Of a stretch of 64,000 bases of DNA, positions 29,504-39,502 are shown piece after piece. The stretch comes from Clostridiales bacterium (GTDB lineage Bacteria; Bacillota; Clostridia; Saccharofermentanales; Saccharofermentanaceae): positions 32,001 to 96,000 of the forward strand of contig JAFWDK010000009.1 in assembly GCA_017513085.1 (NCBI GenBank), in the 5' to 3' direction. Every line of letters begins with the position of its first letter. Position 1 is the stretch's first letter. Both the position numbers and the translations under genes were made by a program. The notes beneath the pieces are model-generated. The model had not been told where the DNA came from and did no database searches. It was given only the letters and a program-made list of their open reading frames with translations.

Positions 29504-32284
29504 ATGCCTGAATATATACTAGATTGGAACAAATACACGGACACAGCGATCCAGGTCGCACAGGAAGGTTCGGTGCTTCTGAAAAATGACCGTGAGGCAT
29601 TGCCGTTGACGGAGGGTACAAAAGTTGCCGTTTTTGGCAGAATGCAGAAAAACTACTATAAGAGTGGAACAGGTTCCGGAGGTATGGTGAATGTTAAGCA
29701 TGTCGTGTCGATCCTGGAGGGCCTTCAGCAGGCGGAAAACATCGTTTTGGATCAGGAATTGATCCGTATCTATGAAGAGTGGGAAAACAAGAATCCTGTT
29801 GATCCGGGTGTAGGCTGGGGAAAAGAGAACTGGTCACAGCCGGAGATGGAGTTGTCTGACGAGGTGGTGGAAGCTGCTTCTGAAAGAAACGATGCGGCAG
29901 TTATTATCCTTGCCCGAACTGCCGGCGAGGATCGTGATAATATGGCGCAGAAGGGTTCTTTCTTCTTGAGCGACGGAGAAGAAGCGATGCTCAAGAAAGT
30001 GTGCGCGGCGTTCTCCCGGACGATCGTTCTTCTGAATGTGGGCAATATCATTGATATGTCTTTTGTAGAAAAATATGACCCGGCAGCGGTCATGTATATC
30101 TGGCAGGCCGGCATGATCGGCGGTACAGCGTGCGCGGATCTTCTTACGGGTGCAGCCACTCCGTCAGGATGTCTGACGGATACGATCGCACGGGATCTTT
30201 CCGACTATCCGTCCACACCGAACTTTGGCGGAGAAGATCTGTCCAAGGATTTCTATGCGGAGGATATCTTTGTCGGTTATCGTTATTTTTCCACCTTTGC
30301 ACCGGAGAAGGTCTTATATCCGTTCGGGTTCGGTCTCTCTTACACGACATTTGCAATTTCATTGTCCGGTTTTAAGGCTGAGAAGACGGATGTCAGTGTC
30401 AAAGTTAAAGTGAAAAATACCGGGAACAGGAAAGGAAAGAAGACTGTCATGCTTTTTGCTAAGACGCCTTCCGACCGCCTTGCCGCTTCTGAAAGAGTAT
30501 TGGTGGATTTCGCGAAAACTTCCGAACTTCTTCCGGGACAGGAGCAGGAACTTGTTTTGAAGGCAGACGGTAGCCGTTACGCATCTTTTGACGATGACGG
30601 AAGACTGATGGGAGAGACGGGCTGGGTGCTTCCTAAAGGAACATATTCATTCTATTTCGGAGAAAACGTACAAAAAACTGTATTCGCCGGTGAATTTACT
30701 CTTGATGAGGATACTATGCTTGAAGCTTTGGAGTCTGCCGCAAAACCTGTACAGGCTTTTGAAAGACTGACGATGGGAGGCAAATATGAGCCGGCGCCGC
30801 TTCGTGTCGTAGAGCATATGGATACGCGACTTAAGAGAGTTCCGGAAGAGATCCCTTATACAGGTGATAAGGGTATTAAGCTTTCGGATGTGAAACTCGG
30901 AAAGAATACGATGGAAGAGTTTATTGCCCAGCTTTCGGATGAGGATCTTTCTTTGATCATTCGTGGAGAAGGCATGGGAAGTCCGAAAGTTACAACAGGA
31001 ACGGCGGCTGCTTTTTCCGGTGTGACACGGGAACTTATGGCTAAGGGTATTCCTACGCTGTGCTGTGATGACGGACCTTCCGGTATGCGTATAGACAGCG
31101 GAAAGAAAGCATTTTCTCTGCCGAATGGAACCTGTCTGGCATGTACTTTTAATGAGAAACTGAACGAAGAGCTTTTCGATTGGTTCGGCATAGAAATGAT
31201 CAGCAATGAAGTGGATACGATCCTGGGACCCGGAATCAATATTCACCGTCATCCCTTGAACGGAAGAAACTTCGAGTATTTTTCGGAAGATCCGCTTCTA
31301 ACCGGACGCATGGCATCCGCACAGATCCGTGGTTTGGAGAGGCATGGCGTGACCGGTACGATCAAGCATTTCTGCTGTAATAACAGAGAGACCAAACGTC
31401 GTAATATGGATTCGATCGTTTCCGAGAGAGCCCTTCGTGAGATCTATCTCAAGGGCTTTGAGATAGCGGTGAAAGAAGGAAAAGCGAGAAGCATCATGTC
31501 GGTCTATAACATGATCAACGGCACGTACGGGACTTCGAATTATGAACTGAACACCAAGATCCTTCGTGAGCAGTGGGGGTATACCGGTCTTTTGATGACG
31601 GATTGGTGGGCGTATATCGATGGCGTTCCGGAGAGACCGCACGATCATGCGCTTCGACAGCACTCTGCTATGGCCAGATCCCAGTGTGATGTGTATATGG
31701 TTTGTTCTTCAGTTGAAAAAGAGGATCTCGATATGAGTGATACGTACGATAATCTGAAGAATGATCGGGAAGATCTTATTACGAGAAGAGAGCTGCAGAG
31801 AAATGCGGCCAACATCCTTCGTTTTGCTTTAGATACTCCGGCGATGTCTGCGCTTATGGGTGAACCATGCAAGGTGAAGCACATCGATTGTCCTTTTGCG
31901 GAAGATACGATCGAAGCCAAGGTCGATGTGTACTACGAGATCAATAAAGATCCGGTCATCCAGGTAAACGTGGATACGACGAATGGCGACGATTTCGTTT
32001 TCGGTATCACATGTGACAAGCTTGGCGTATATGAGTGCGAGATGGTGGCTTCTTCAGAGTTGACACCGTTGGCACAGCTTCCGTTCACACTGTACTATAC
32101 CAGTATTCCGATACGTGTCATTACTTTTACCGGTACGGAAGGTGAAGAAGTGAGCCAGAAAATGGAGTGGCCGATTCTGAACAAGCATTCTGTATTCCGG
32201 ATGCATTTCGGGAAAAGAGGACTCGCTCTCAAGCGACTTTCTTTCCGTTACGTAAAGGATCTGGAAGGTTTCAAGTTCGAGTAA
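29504..32284 (+). CDS. GH3 beta-glucosidase with inverted domain order
   Basis: N-terminus carries GSVLLKND, GTGSGG, RTAGEDRD and YPFGFGLSYT; the catalytic barrel follows (DGPSG, GRNFEYFSEDP, KHF, nucleophile MTDWW). Confidence 0.9.
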   Translation: MPEYILDWNKYTDTAIQVAQEGSVLLKNDREALPLTEGTKVAVFGRMQKNYYKSGTGSGGMVNVKHVVSILEGLQQAENIVLDQELIRIYEEWENKNPVDPGVGWGKENWSQPEMELSDEVVEAASERNDAAVIILARTAGEDRDNMAQKGSFFLSDGEEAMLKKVCAAFSRTIVLLNVGNIIDMSFVEKYDPAAVMYIWQAGMIGGTACADLLTGAATPSGCLTDTIARDLSDYPSTPNFGGEDLSKDFYAEDIFVGYRYFSTFAPEKVLYPFGFGLSYTTFAISLSGFKAEKTDVSVKVKVKNTGNRKGKKTVMLFAKTPSDRLAASERVLVDFAKTSELLPGQEQELVLKADGSRYASFDDDGRLMGETGWVLPKGTYSFYFGENVQKTVFAGEFTLDEDTMLEALESAAKPVQAFERLTMGGKYEPAPLRVVEHMDTRLKRVPEEIPYTGDKGIKLSDVKLGKNTMEEFIAQLSDEDLSLIIRGEGMGSPKVTTGTAAAFSGVTRELMAKGIPTLCCDDGPSGMRIDSGKKAFSLPNGTCLACTFNEKLNEELFDWFGIEMISNEVDTILGPGINIHRHPLNGRNFEYFSEDPLLTGRMASAQIRGLERHGVTGTIKHFCCNNRETKRRNMDSIVSERALREIYLKGFEIAVKEGKARSIMSVYNMINGTYGTSNYELNTKILREQWGYTGLLMTDWWAYIDGVPERPHDHALRQHSAMARSQCDVYMVCSSVEKEDLDMSDTYDNLKNDREDLITRRELQRNAANILRFALDTPAMSALMGEPCKVKHIDCPFAEDTIEAKVDVYYEINKDPVIQVNVDTTNGDDFVFGITCDKLGVYECEMVASSELTPLAQLPFTLYYTSIPIRVITFTGTEGEEVSQKMEWPILNKHSVFRMHFGKRGLALKRLSFRYVKDLEGFKFE

Positions 32285-32296
32285 CAGGAAACGGCA

Positions 32297-33562
32297 TTAT
32301 ACGATCTGCAAAAGATAGAATTTCAGATAATCGGTCTCCGGAATCGTCATGGCGACAGGATGGTCCGGGGCGGCACGTCGCTCTTCGATGAGACGCAGGC
32401 TGACTCCTGCGTCTCTTGCGGCCTCAAGGAGCATCTTGCGGAACAGTTCATTCGGCATAAAATGCGAGCAGGAACAAGTGGCCAGATAGCCGCCGCGAGG
32501 AAGCATTTTCATGGCACGATAATTGATCTCTTTATATCCGCGCTTGGCATTCTCTGTCGTCTTGCGGCTTTTGGTAAAAGCCGGAGGATCCAGAATAATG
32601 AAGTTATAGTCTGCATGTTTTTCTGTAAGTTTGGGCAAAAGATCGAAGACGTCGGCACAGAGAAAATCCATTCTGTCAGAAAGACCATTGATCCGTGCAT
32701 TCTCCGCTGCCGTATCTACGGCGAGCTGGGAAATATCGACGGCGGTGACGTGTTCGGCACCGCCTTTGGCGGCATTCATGGCAAAAGAACCGGTGTGGGT
32801 GAAACAGTCGAGGACTTTCATGCCACGGGCTAGTTTGCTGACGGCAAGCCGGTTATATTTCTGATCCAGAAAGAACCCTGTTTTCTGTCCGTTTTCCACA
32901 TCCACGGTGTAGCGGATCCCGTTTTCACAGATCCCGACTTGCGGGGAAGAGGGGATGCCGACGAATCCGGCATGATACCAGCCTTTTTCGAGAGGAAGAC
33001 CTTCCAGTTCACGAATCTTTGCTTCGTTACGCTCAAAGATGCCACGGACAGTAACACCATCATTCTCCAGTTCTTTTACAAGCGCCTGATAAATAATGTC
33101 TTTGACCATTTCCGTGCCATATGACAACACTTCCGTGGAAAGAATATCCTCATAACGGTCGACAGTCAATCCGGGAATACCGTCCGCTTCGCCAAAGATC
33201 AGGCGGCAGCAAGCGTAATCTTCCTGCATGACGGTGCGGCGCATATCCAGTGCATATTTCACACGGCGCTGCCAGAAGGCGGGACCGAAAGTTTCGTTCG
33301 CATTGCTTGAGAGGACGCGGATACGGATCTTGCTGTTTTTACTTAAGAAACCGGTGCCGAGGTAACGGTCTTTTCTGGAAAAGACGTCGACCAACGAGCC
33401 GTTTTCTATAGATTCGGAAGCAATGCCTAAGATGCCGTCTTTGATCTTCTCTCCGGCAAATTCGGTGATTTCCGTGTCATAGACCCATGGATGGCCGCGC
33501 TTCAGAGCGGCTTCGGCTTTTTCCGTAACGGTTGCCCAAGGAAATTGTCTTTCTTGTTTCAT
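32297..33562 (-). CDS. rlmI: RlmI-family SAM-dependent rRNA methyltransferase
   Basis: GHPWVY PUA domain, EADGIPGL, GQKTGFFLDQ, LDPPAF and TCSCS. Confidence 0.88.
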   Translation of the reverse strand: MKQERQFPWATVTEKAEAALKRGHPWVYDTEITEFAGEKIKDGILGIASESIENGSLVDVFSRKDRYLGTGFLSKNSKIRIRVLSSNANETFGPAFWQRRVKYALDMRRTVMQEDYACCRLIFGEADGIPGLTVDRYEDILSTEVLSYGTEMVKDIIYQALVKELENDGVTVRGIFERNEAKIRELEGLPLEKGWYHAGFVGIPSSPQVGICENGIRYTVDVENGQKTGFFLDQKYNRLAVSKLARGMKVLDCFTHTGSFAMNAAKGGAEHVTAVDISQLAVDTAAENARINGLSDRMDFLCADVFDLLPKLTEKHADYNFIILDPPAFTKSRKTTENAKRGYKEINYRAMKMLPRGGYLATCSCSHFMPNELFRKMLLEAARDAGVSLRLIEERRAAPDHPVAMTIPETDYLKFYLLQIV

Positions 33563-33598
33563 GCAGATCCTCTCCTGTTTTCCGATTCTTTCTGTCTT

Positions 33599-35524
33599 TT
33601 AGTCCAGTACGGTGGCCAGCTCGTCCAGGAAAACCTTGGATGCGGCATCGGACGGGAGTTTCAGATCGCCACGCGGGGAGAGGTCGACCGAACCGATCTT
33701 CGGGCCGTCCGGCATGCAGGAACGCTTGAACTGCTGAGCGATAAAACGACGAAGGAAATTCTCTTCCCACTTATAGATCGTCGTATCGTCATATTCGCCG
33801 GCAAAAGCTCTCTTGGCGAGGCGGTAGATCTTCGATGGTGCAAATCCGAGCCGTACGAAGTAATAGAGGAAGAAATCGTGGAGTTCATAGGGTCCGACGA
33901 GATCCTCGGTCTTTTGCGAGATGGTGCCATCTTCCGACGGGGGAAGAAGTTCCGGAGAGACCGGCGTGGCCAGAATATCTTTCAGGACGGAAGAGACATT
34001 CGGATCTTCCTTGGCTATGCGGTCTGCTTCGTAGGCGACGATGTGGCGGATCAATGTCTTCGGAACAGAACCGTTGACGGCATACATGGACATATGGTCG
34101 CCGTTGTATGTGGCCCAGCCCAGCGCGAGTTCGCTAAGATCGCCGGTTCCGACGACCAGTGAGCCTTCGTCATTGCCAAGATCCATCAGAAGCTGTGTGC
34201 GCTCTCTGGCCTGTGCATTTTCATAGGCAACATTATGATTGTCCATATCGTGTCCGATATCCTTAAAATGCTGCGTCACGGAATCTTTGATACTGATCTC
34301 GTCAATCCGCGCTCCATAAGCTTTGGCTAACTCGATCGAATTGTTCTTGGTCCGTGAAGTGGTTCCGAAACAAGGCATCGTAATGGCGTGAATATTGGTA
34401 CGTGGTACGCCCAGGATGTCACAGGCGCGTGCACTGACCAGGAAAGCCAATGTGGAATCAAGACCTCCGGAAAGTCCGATGATCATTTTCTCACAATGAA
34501 TATGACGCAATCTGGTAACGAGTGCCATAGCCTGCATATCGAGGATCTGGGCACAACGGATAGAGATCTCGTTTTCTTCTTCCGGGATGAAAGGATTCTT
34601 CGGAACTGCTCGGATCAGATCCAATTCTTCATTCAGATCCATTTCAAAACTGATCATATCCACATCGCCATCGGCAGTGCTGTTGGCAAAGTCTGTTCTC
34701 CAGGCATCGTCTCTCTGTCTTTCGGAAAACAGAAGCTTCAGGTCGATGTCGGTATATATGGTCCCGCTTTCGAAACGCTTGCTTTCAGAAAGTTTGCGTC
34801 CGTTCTCATAAATGAAGTCTTCACCGGAAAATACCAGGTCAGTGGTGGATTCACCTACGCCTGCATTGGCGTAGATATACGCGGCATGAAGTTTGCGGCT
34901 GGAAGCTTCCAGAATGGAAGATACTTTTCTGGTCGAACTGATGGTAACCGGCGCAGCAGAAGGCACTGCAAGAATGTGGCATCCGTAAAGCGCGGCATCC
35001 ACATCATCGGAGATCGGCGCCAGAAGGTCTTCATGGAAGATAACTGCAAAGGAGAATAGATCATTCTCGCAAAAATACAGAGGCTGTCCGAACGTGATCT
35101 CATCGTCGAAGAACTCATCGTAGAAAGAACCGCCGACTTCATATGGAGAGAAGTAACGGGATTCGGCTTCATTCAGGGTAAGTTTGACGTTGCAGCCCAG
35201 GATGCCGCCCTTATGCATGACAACAGCCATATTCAGAAGCTTTCCTTCGATATAAGCCGGAAGTCCGACGATGAACACGCAAGAGGTATCGGAGGTTTCT
35301 TCGGCGATCCGGTAAAGCGCCTGCCAGGCGGCTTCGACAAAAGCCTCCTGTCGGAAAAGGTCGCCACATGTCGCACCCGTAATACAAAGTTCCGGGAAGA
35401 CGAGAAGTGAACAATCCGGATCGGCATTTTTCACGGAAGTGATGATCTCGCCCGCGTTATAATCGATATCTGCTACACGAAGCTTCGGTGTAACCGCGCC
35501 AACTCGTAAAAATCCATCTTTCAT
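33599..35524 (-). CDS. nadE: Two-domain NAD+ synthetase (CN-hydrolase plus synthetase)
   Basis: Start MKDGFLRV after GGAGG; VFPELCITG; SGGLDST, ENAQARER, GTGDLSELALGW and FKRSCMPDGPK. Confidence 0.93.
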   Translation of the reverse strand: MKDGFLRVGAVTPKLRVADIDYNAGEIITSVKNADPDCSLLVFPELCITGATCGDLFRQEAFVEAAWQALYRIAEETSDTSCVFIVGLPAYIEGKLLNMAVVMHKGGILGCNVKLTLNEAESRYFSPYEVGGSFYDEFFDDEITFGQPLYFCENDLFSFAVIFHEDLLAPISDDVDAALYGCHILAVPSAAPVTISSTRKVSSILEASSRKLHAAYIYANAGVGESTTDLVFSGEDFIYENGRKLSESKRFESGTIYTDIDLKLLFSERQRDDAWRTDFANSTADGDVDMISFEMDLNEELDLIRAVPKNPFIPEEENEISIRCAQILDMQAMALVTRLRHIHCEKMIIGLSGGLDSTLAFLVSARACDILGVPRTNIHAITMPCFGTTSRTKNNSIELAKAYGARIDEISIKDSVTQHFKDIGHDMDNHNVAYENAQARERTQLLMDLGNDEGSLVVGTGDLSELALGWATYNGDHMSMYAVNGSVPKTLIRHIVAYEADRIAKEDPNVSSVLKDILATPVSPELLPPSEDGTISQKTEDLVGPYELHDFFLYYFVRLGFAPSKIYRLAKRAFAGEYDDTTIYKWEENFLRRFIAQQFKRSCMPDGPKIGSVDLSPRGDLKLPSDAASKVFLDELATVLD

Positions 35525-35618
35525 AAATCTGTCCTCCGTTTTTTGGTATCCGCTTTCTGCACGAAAAGAACTTGGCGGATCATTTCTTGGGTTCTGGTTA
35601 TTTGTTTGTTTTGACCGG

Positions 35619-36791
35619 TCAGATTCCCGGACGAAGAATGTCGTTGTTCGGGCTCTCCGGCTGGGACGGTACTTCGGATGGCGCCGCAGAAGGCGGAATG
35701 CCTGCCGCTGAACTTGCATCGTCAGCCTGTGCCGTTGCCTCCTGTTGCTGAGGCTGATTATAGACCCGATCGATGAGCTCATTGAAGTGACTGTAGTACA
35801 TCGTCGAATTCTCTATGACATATCCGTAGAGCGCACGTGGTTGTGCAGAAAGAATGGTTTTGCAGAGCTGCTCCGCCTCGTCCATGGAGTGGACAGGATA
35901 ACGCACGCATTCGTGGTTGCGGGTGTAGGAGATGACAGAATAAGTAACTGCATTTCCGTTGGTGTTTGTCTTTTGCGGATAGAGCCAGACCACGTCGGTC
36001 ATATTGCGTACGGTCGGTGTAAGTGAGGCTTCCACGATATATTTACGCCCGATGAAGAGACGGCTGATCTTGGAAGCACCTTCCATATCAGCATTGAGCT
36101 CGTCCAGTGTTATATTCTTATTCGCAAGATTATTCTTGAATTTCCGCATATAACCGCCGGTAAAAGCAGTGATCGCAACGATCAATGCACTGATAAGCGC
36201 GCCAAGGAGAAGTACGATGCCGAAGATCGCACCCGAACCACTGAAAAGCACTTTGGTCGGAGTGACCATGACAAACATGTAGTCGCTGACGTTTTCACGT
36301 ACTTCATTTGAAGCATTGACCGCTGTGAAGTACTGATCCAGGAAACGGTTTATCTGAGAAGTCGTTTTCGTTGTATATCCTCGACAAGAGAGTGTCTTGG
36401 TGGCGACATCGGGATCGCCGCTCATTTCGAATTCGTATGTCTGTTCTACGAGTTCGTCGGCACGGTCAATGTATTTGTTCGGAACATATACGACGATATA
36501 AGAAGCGTTGCCGTTCGCATCTTCCATCGGGGCAAGGTAGAATCGTCCCTCGCTGTTGTCGGCGAACCATACATACATAAACTGCGTCTCGCCCCGATAA
36601 AACTTTTCTTCGCCAAGGCTGGTGGAGGGTTCGGCAAAAACATTTTTGGTCGCCGTAAAATACTTCGTGGTCTTCGGAATCATAAAAAGAACGATGAAAA
36701 CGGCTGCAATGAGAAGAACAGCGGCGATGAGCAGGCGTGTCCTTATGTTATAGCCCCGTACGGTGGATAGCATTGAATTCTGTTTTGACAT
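35619..36791 (-). CDS. Membrane protein (DUF6709-like)
   Basis: Two TM segments flanking an extracytoplasmic domain, followed by a cytoplasmic domain (DVVWLY..T). Confidence 0.6.
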   Translation of the reverse strand: MSKQNSMLSTVRGYNIRTRLLIAAVLLIAAVFIVLFMIPKTTKYFTATKNVFAEPSTSLGEEKFYRGETQFMYVWFADNSEGRFYLAPMEDANGNASYIVVYVPNKYIDRADELVEQTYEFEMSGDPDVATKTLSCRGYTTKTTSQINRFLDQYFTAVNASNEVRENVSDYMFVMVTPTKVLFSGSGAIFGIVLLLGALISALIVAITAFTGGYMRKFKNNLANKNITLDELNADMEGASKISRLFIGRKYIVEASLTPTVRNMTDVVWLYPQKTNTNGNAVTYSVISYTRNHECVRYPVHSMDEAEQLCKTILSAQPRALYGYVIENSTMYYSHFNELIDRVYNQPQQQEATAQADDASSAAGIPPSAAPSEVPSQPESPNNDILRPGI

Positions 36792-36931
36792 AGTGTTTCT
36801 TCTTCCCCTGAATATGCATAAAATACCGCATACAGTATATAAAGATATAAGTTATTTTTCAAGAATACGAAAGATTGAAGATACTCGAGCTTTGTGGTAA
36901 CTTTAATTCTTAAGAGGTGAGGTGAGAAACT

Positions 36932-37819
36932 ATGGAGACGGCTCCGTTTACAGAACAGGAAATACGTTCTTTCCGACACAAAGCAGAGATGCCGATGTAT
37001 ATCGCGATGGTGATCTTTAACGTCGTGATCGTTATCCTTATAGTAGTTTTCGGCATAATGGGCGTAATGGGTGAAGGTCCGCTGGCCGGTGAATTCGGAG
37101 AGCGTCTAACGGAACTACTGACCGGTGTATCCGATAGCGGCAATAATTCGATCACTTATTTGGTCCTGATCGTCACTCTCCCGTTTCTCCTGATGGCTGT
37201 CGTGTATTTCGCGTATGCTCAGTATCGGGCACGATCCATCCGTATTACCGAGAAGAATTTCCCGGAGGTCTATGCCTTCGTGGAAGAATACTCCCACCGC
37301 CTTGGCTTGAAGAAAGTCCCGAAGGTCTATCTGACACAGGAAAACGGTACACTTAATGCTTTCTCCACATTCATCCTGAGAAGACAATATGTGGTGCTTC
37401 TGGCGGATCTTTTCGAGGTCGCTTATCGTGAACACCACGACCTGGAGAGCATCAAGTTTATTGTAGCGCATGAACTCTCGCATATCCGTCTTCGTCATGC
37501 GACCTTTCTGTACCAGATCAGTATTCTTTTTGCCAACTATATACCGATCATGTCTACCGCTCTTTCCCGTGCCCGTGAATACAGCTGTGACCGGGTAGCC
37601 CAGCATCTCGTCGGTACGAGCGGTGTAGAGCCGATGATGGCACTTCTTGTCGGCAAGCATCTTTACAAGAGAGTCGATGTGGAGGACTACGTTCAGCATT
37701 GTCATGAGACACGCGGTTTTTTCGTGTTCCTTTATAACCTCATGAGCACCCATCCGATCATGCCGAAGCGCATCCAGGCGCTCCTGAAGGATCAGGGAAG
37801 CGGCAGACTGTTCTTCTGA
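36932..37819 (+). CDS. M48 (HtpX/Ste24-like) zinc metallopeptidase
   Basis: NAF, HELSH, SRAREYSCD and STHP...RI; N-terminal TM helices. Confidence 0.9.
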   Translation: METAPFTEQEIRSFRHKAEMPMYIAMVIFNVVIVILIVVFGIMGVMGEGPLAGEFGERLTELLTGVSDSGNNSITYLVLIVTLPFLLMAVVYFAYAQYRARSIRITEKNFPEVYAFVEEYSHRLGLKKVPKVYLTQENGTLNAFSTFILRRQYVVLLADLFEVAYREHHDLESIKFIVAHELSHIRLRHATFLYQISILFANYIPIMSTALSRAREYSCDRVAQHLVGTSGVEPMMALLVGKHLYKRVDVEDYVQHCHETRGFFVFLYNLMSTHPIMPKRIQALLKDQGSGRLFF

Positions 37820-38013
37820 TCAACGACAATAACGGTAAGTGCTTTTTCTAAATGAAAAGCACTTGTTCATGCAACTTGGCCAAATAAATCTTGCAAAATC
37901 TGCGGAACGAATTGAAAAAGTAGAAAAATCGTTTTTGGCGTTGACAAGCGGTTCTGAAACGATTTTACTATATAGGTACAAATAGTGAATTTTGCAAGCA
38001 GGAGGAATATCAC

Positions 38014-39411
38014 ATGAAAAATATCACGTTAAGCGACAAGAGTAATCTTCTCGAGCAGGATCCGTATCAGTATGCACTGCAGGATGTGGAGAAGCCGGAG
38101 CTTTTCCGTGAGATGTTCCCGTACGCTGAAGTTCCGAAAATTGCGTACAACTACCGTAAAGTGCCGATGAATATGCCGGAGAATATCTATATCACGGATA
38201 CGACGTTCCGTGATGGACAGCAGTCCCGTGCGCCGTATACTACGGAGCAGATGGTGGAGATCTATAAGATGCTGCACCGCCTGGGCGGACCGAAGGGTAT
38301 TATCCGTCAGACAGAGTTTTTCGTTTATTCCGAGAAGGATCGTCAGGCACTGGAACAGTGTATGGCGCTTGGATATAAATTCCCGGAGATCACGACATGG
38401 ATCCGTGCAACCAAGTCTGACTTTGCGCTGGTCCGCAATATCGGTATCAAGGAAACCGGTATTCTGGTAAGCTGCTCGGATTATCACATTTTCAATAAGA
38501 TGGGTCTGACACGTAAACAGGCGCTGGATAAATATATCGGGATCGTAACCGATGCGATCGATGCCGGACTTCGTCCGCGTTGCCATTTTGAAGATATCAC
38601 ACGTGCGGATTTCTACGGATTCGTCGTTCCTTTTGCAAGCGCGCTGATGCGTCTTTCCGAGGAGAGCGGCATCCCGGTCAAGATCCGTGCCTGCGATACC
38701 ATGGGTTACGGCGTACCATTCCCGGGTGTTGCGCTTCCGCGTTCTGTATCCGGTATCATTTACGGCTTACAGCACTATGCCGGTGTTCCGTCAGAAATGC
38801 TCGAGTGGCATGGACATAATGATTTTTACAAGGGTGTCGTAAATGCTTCGACTGCCTGGCTTTATGGTGCACAGGCAGTAAACTGCTCGCTCCTCGGCAT
38901 CGGTGAGCGCACAGGTAATGTTCCGCTTGAGGCGATGGTATTTGAGTATGCTCAGCTTCGTGGCACGCTTGATGGCATGGATTCCCGTGTGATCACAGAG
39001 ATCGCGGATTATATTTCCCGCGAGACCAACTATGAACTGCCTCCGATGACACCTTTTGTCGGCAAGAACTTCAATGTAACCAAAGCCGGTATTCACGCGG
39101 ACGGACTTCTGAAAGATCCGGAGATCTACAATATCTTCGATACGGAAGCTTTGCTGGATCGTCCGCCGATGGTTGCCGTAAGTAATGTTTCCGGTCTGGC
39201 CGGTATTGCATGCTGGATCAATAATTACTATCGTCTGGCAGGCGAAAGCGTCGTCAGCAAGAAGGATCCGTTCATTGCCAAAATGAAGGAATGGATCGAT
39301 AAGCAGTATGACGAAGGCCGTATCACGGTGATCTCCGACGAAGAAATGGTGAAGCTTTTCGAGTCCTGCGGCGGAGATGTCTATAAGAGAGTCGCCAGAC
39401 CGAAGTCATAA
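38014..39411 (+). CDS. Re-citrate synthase (isopropylmalate/homocitrate synthase DRE-TIM family)
   Basis: DTTFRDGQQ, CSDYHIF, CHFEDITRAD, HGHNDF and GERTGN; lacks the LeuA regulatory C-terminal domain. Confidence 0.75.
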   Translation: MKNITLSDKSNLLEQDPYQYALQDVEKPELFREMFPYAEVPKIAYNYRKVPMNMPENIYITDTTFRDGQQSRAPYTTEQMVEIYKMLHRLGGPKGIIRQTEFFVYSEKDRQALEQCMALGYKFPEITTWIRATKSDFALVRNIGIKETGILVSCSDYHIFNKMGLTRKQALDKYIGIVTDAIDAGLRPRCHFEDITRADFYGFVVPFASALMRLSEESGIPVKIRACDTMGYGVPFPGVALPRSVSGIIYGLQHYAGVPSEMLEWHGHNDFYKGVVNASTAWLYGAQAVNCSLLGIGERTGNVPLEAMVFEYAQLRGTLDGMDSRVITEIADYISRETNYELPPMTPFVGKNFNVTKAGIHADGLLKDPEIYNIFDTEALLDRPPMVAVSNVSGLAGIACWINNYYRLAGESVVSKKDPFIAKMKEWIDKQYDEGRITVISDEEMVKLFESCGGDVYKRVARPKS

Positions 39412-39446
39412 TTCTTCGCGCCAAAGCTTTTACACTAAGAAATACA

Positions 39447-39501
39447 AAAGTCTCCCGTTCAGCGATCCGCGTCATCCGCGTGATAGTGTCCGGGAGACTT
39501 T
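39447..39501. terminator. Hairpin between convergent genes
   Basis: AAAGTCTCCCG...CGGGAGACTTT with a long loop. Confidence 0.55.
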
Positions 39502-39502
39502 C

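Noticed and set aside
35525-35782. N-terminal extensions in the ORF track (nadE, RluA 51575-52027, AIM24 6352-6468, TPR-like 20289-20501)
   Set aside because: They overlap neighbouring genes or promoters. Downstream starts have good SD sequences and match family N-termini.
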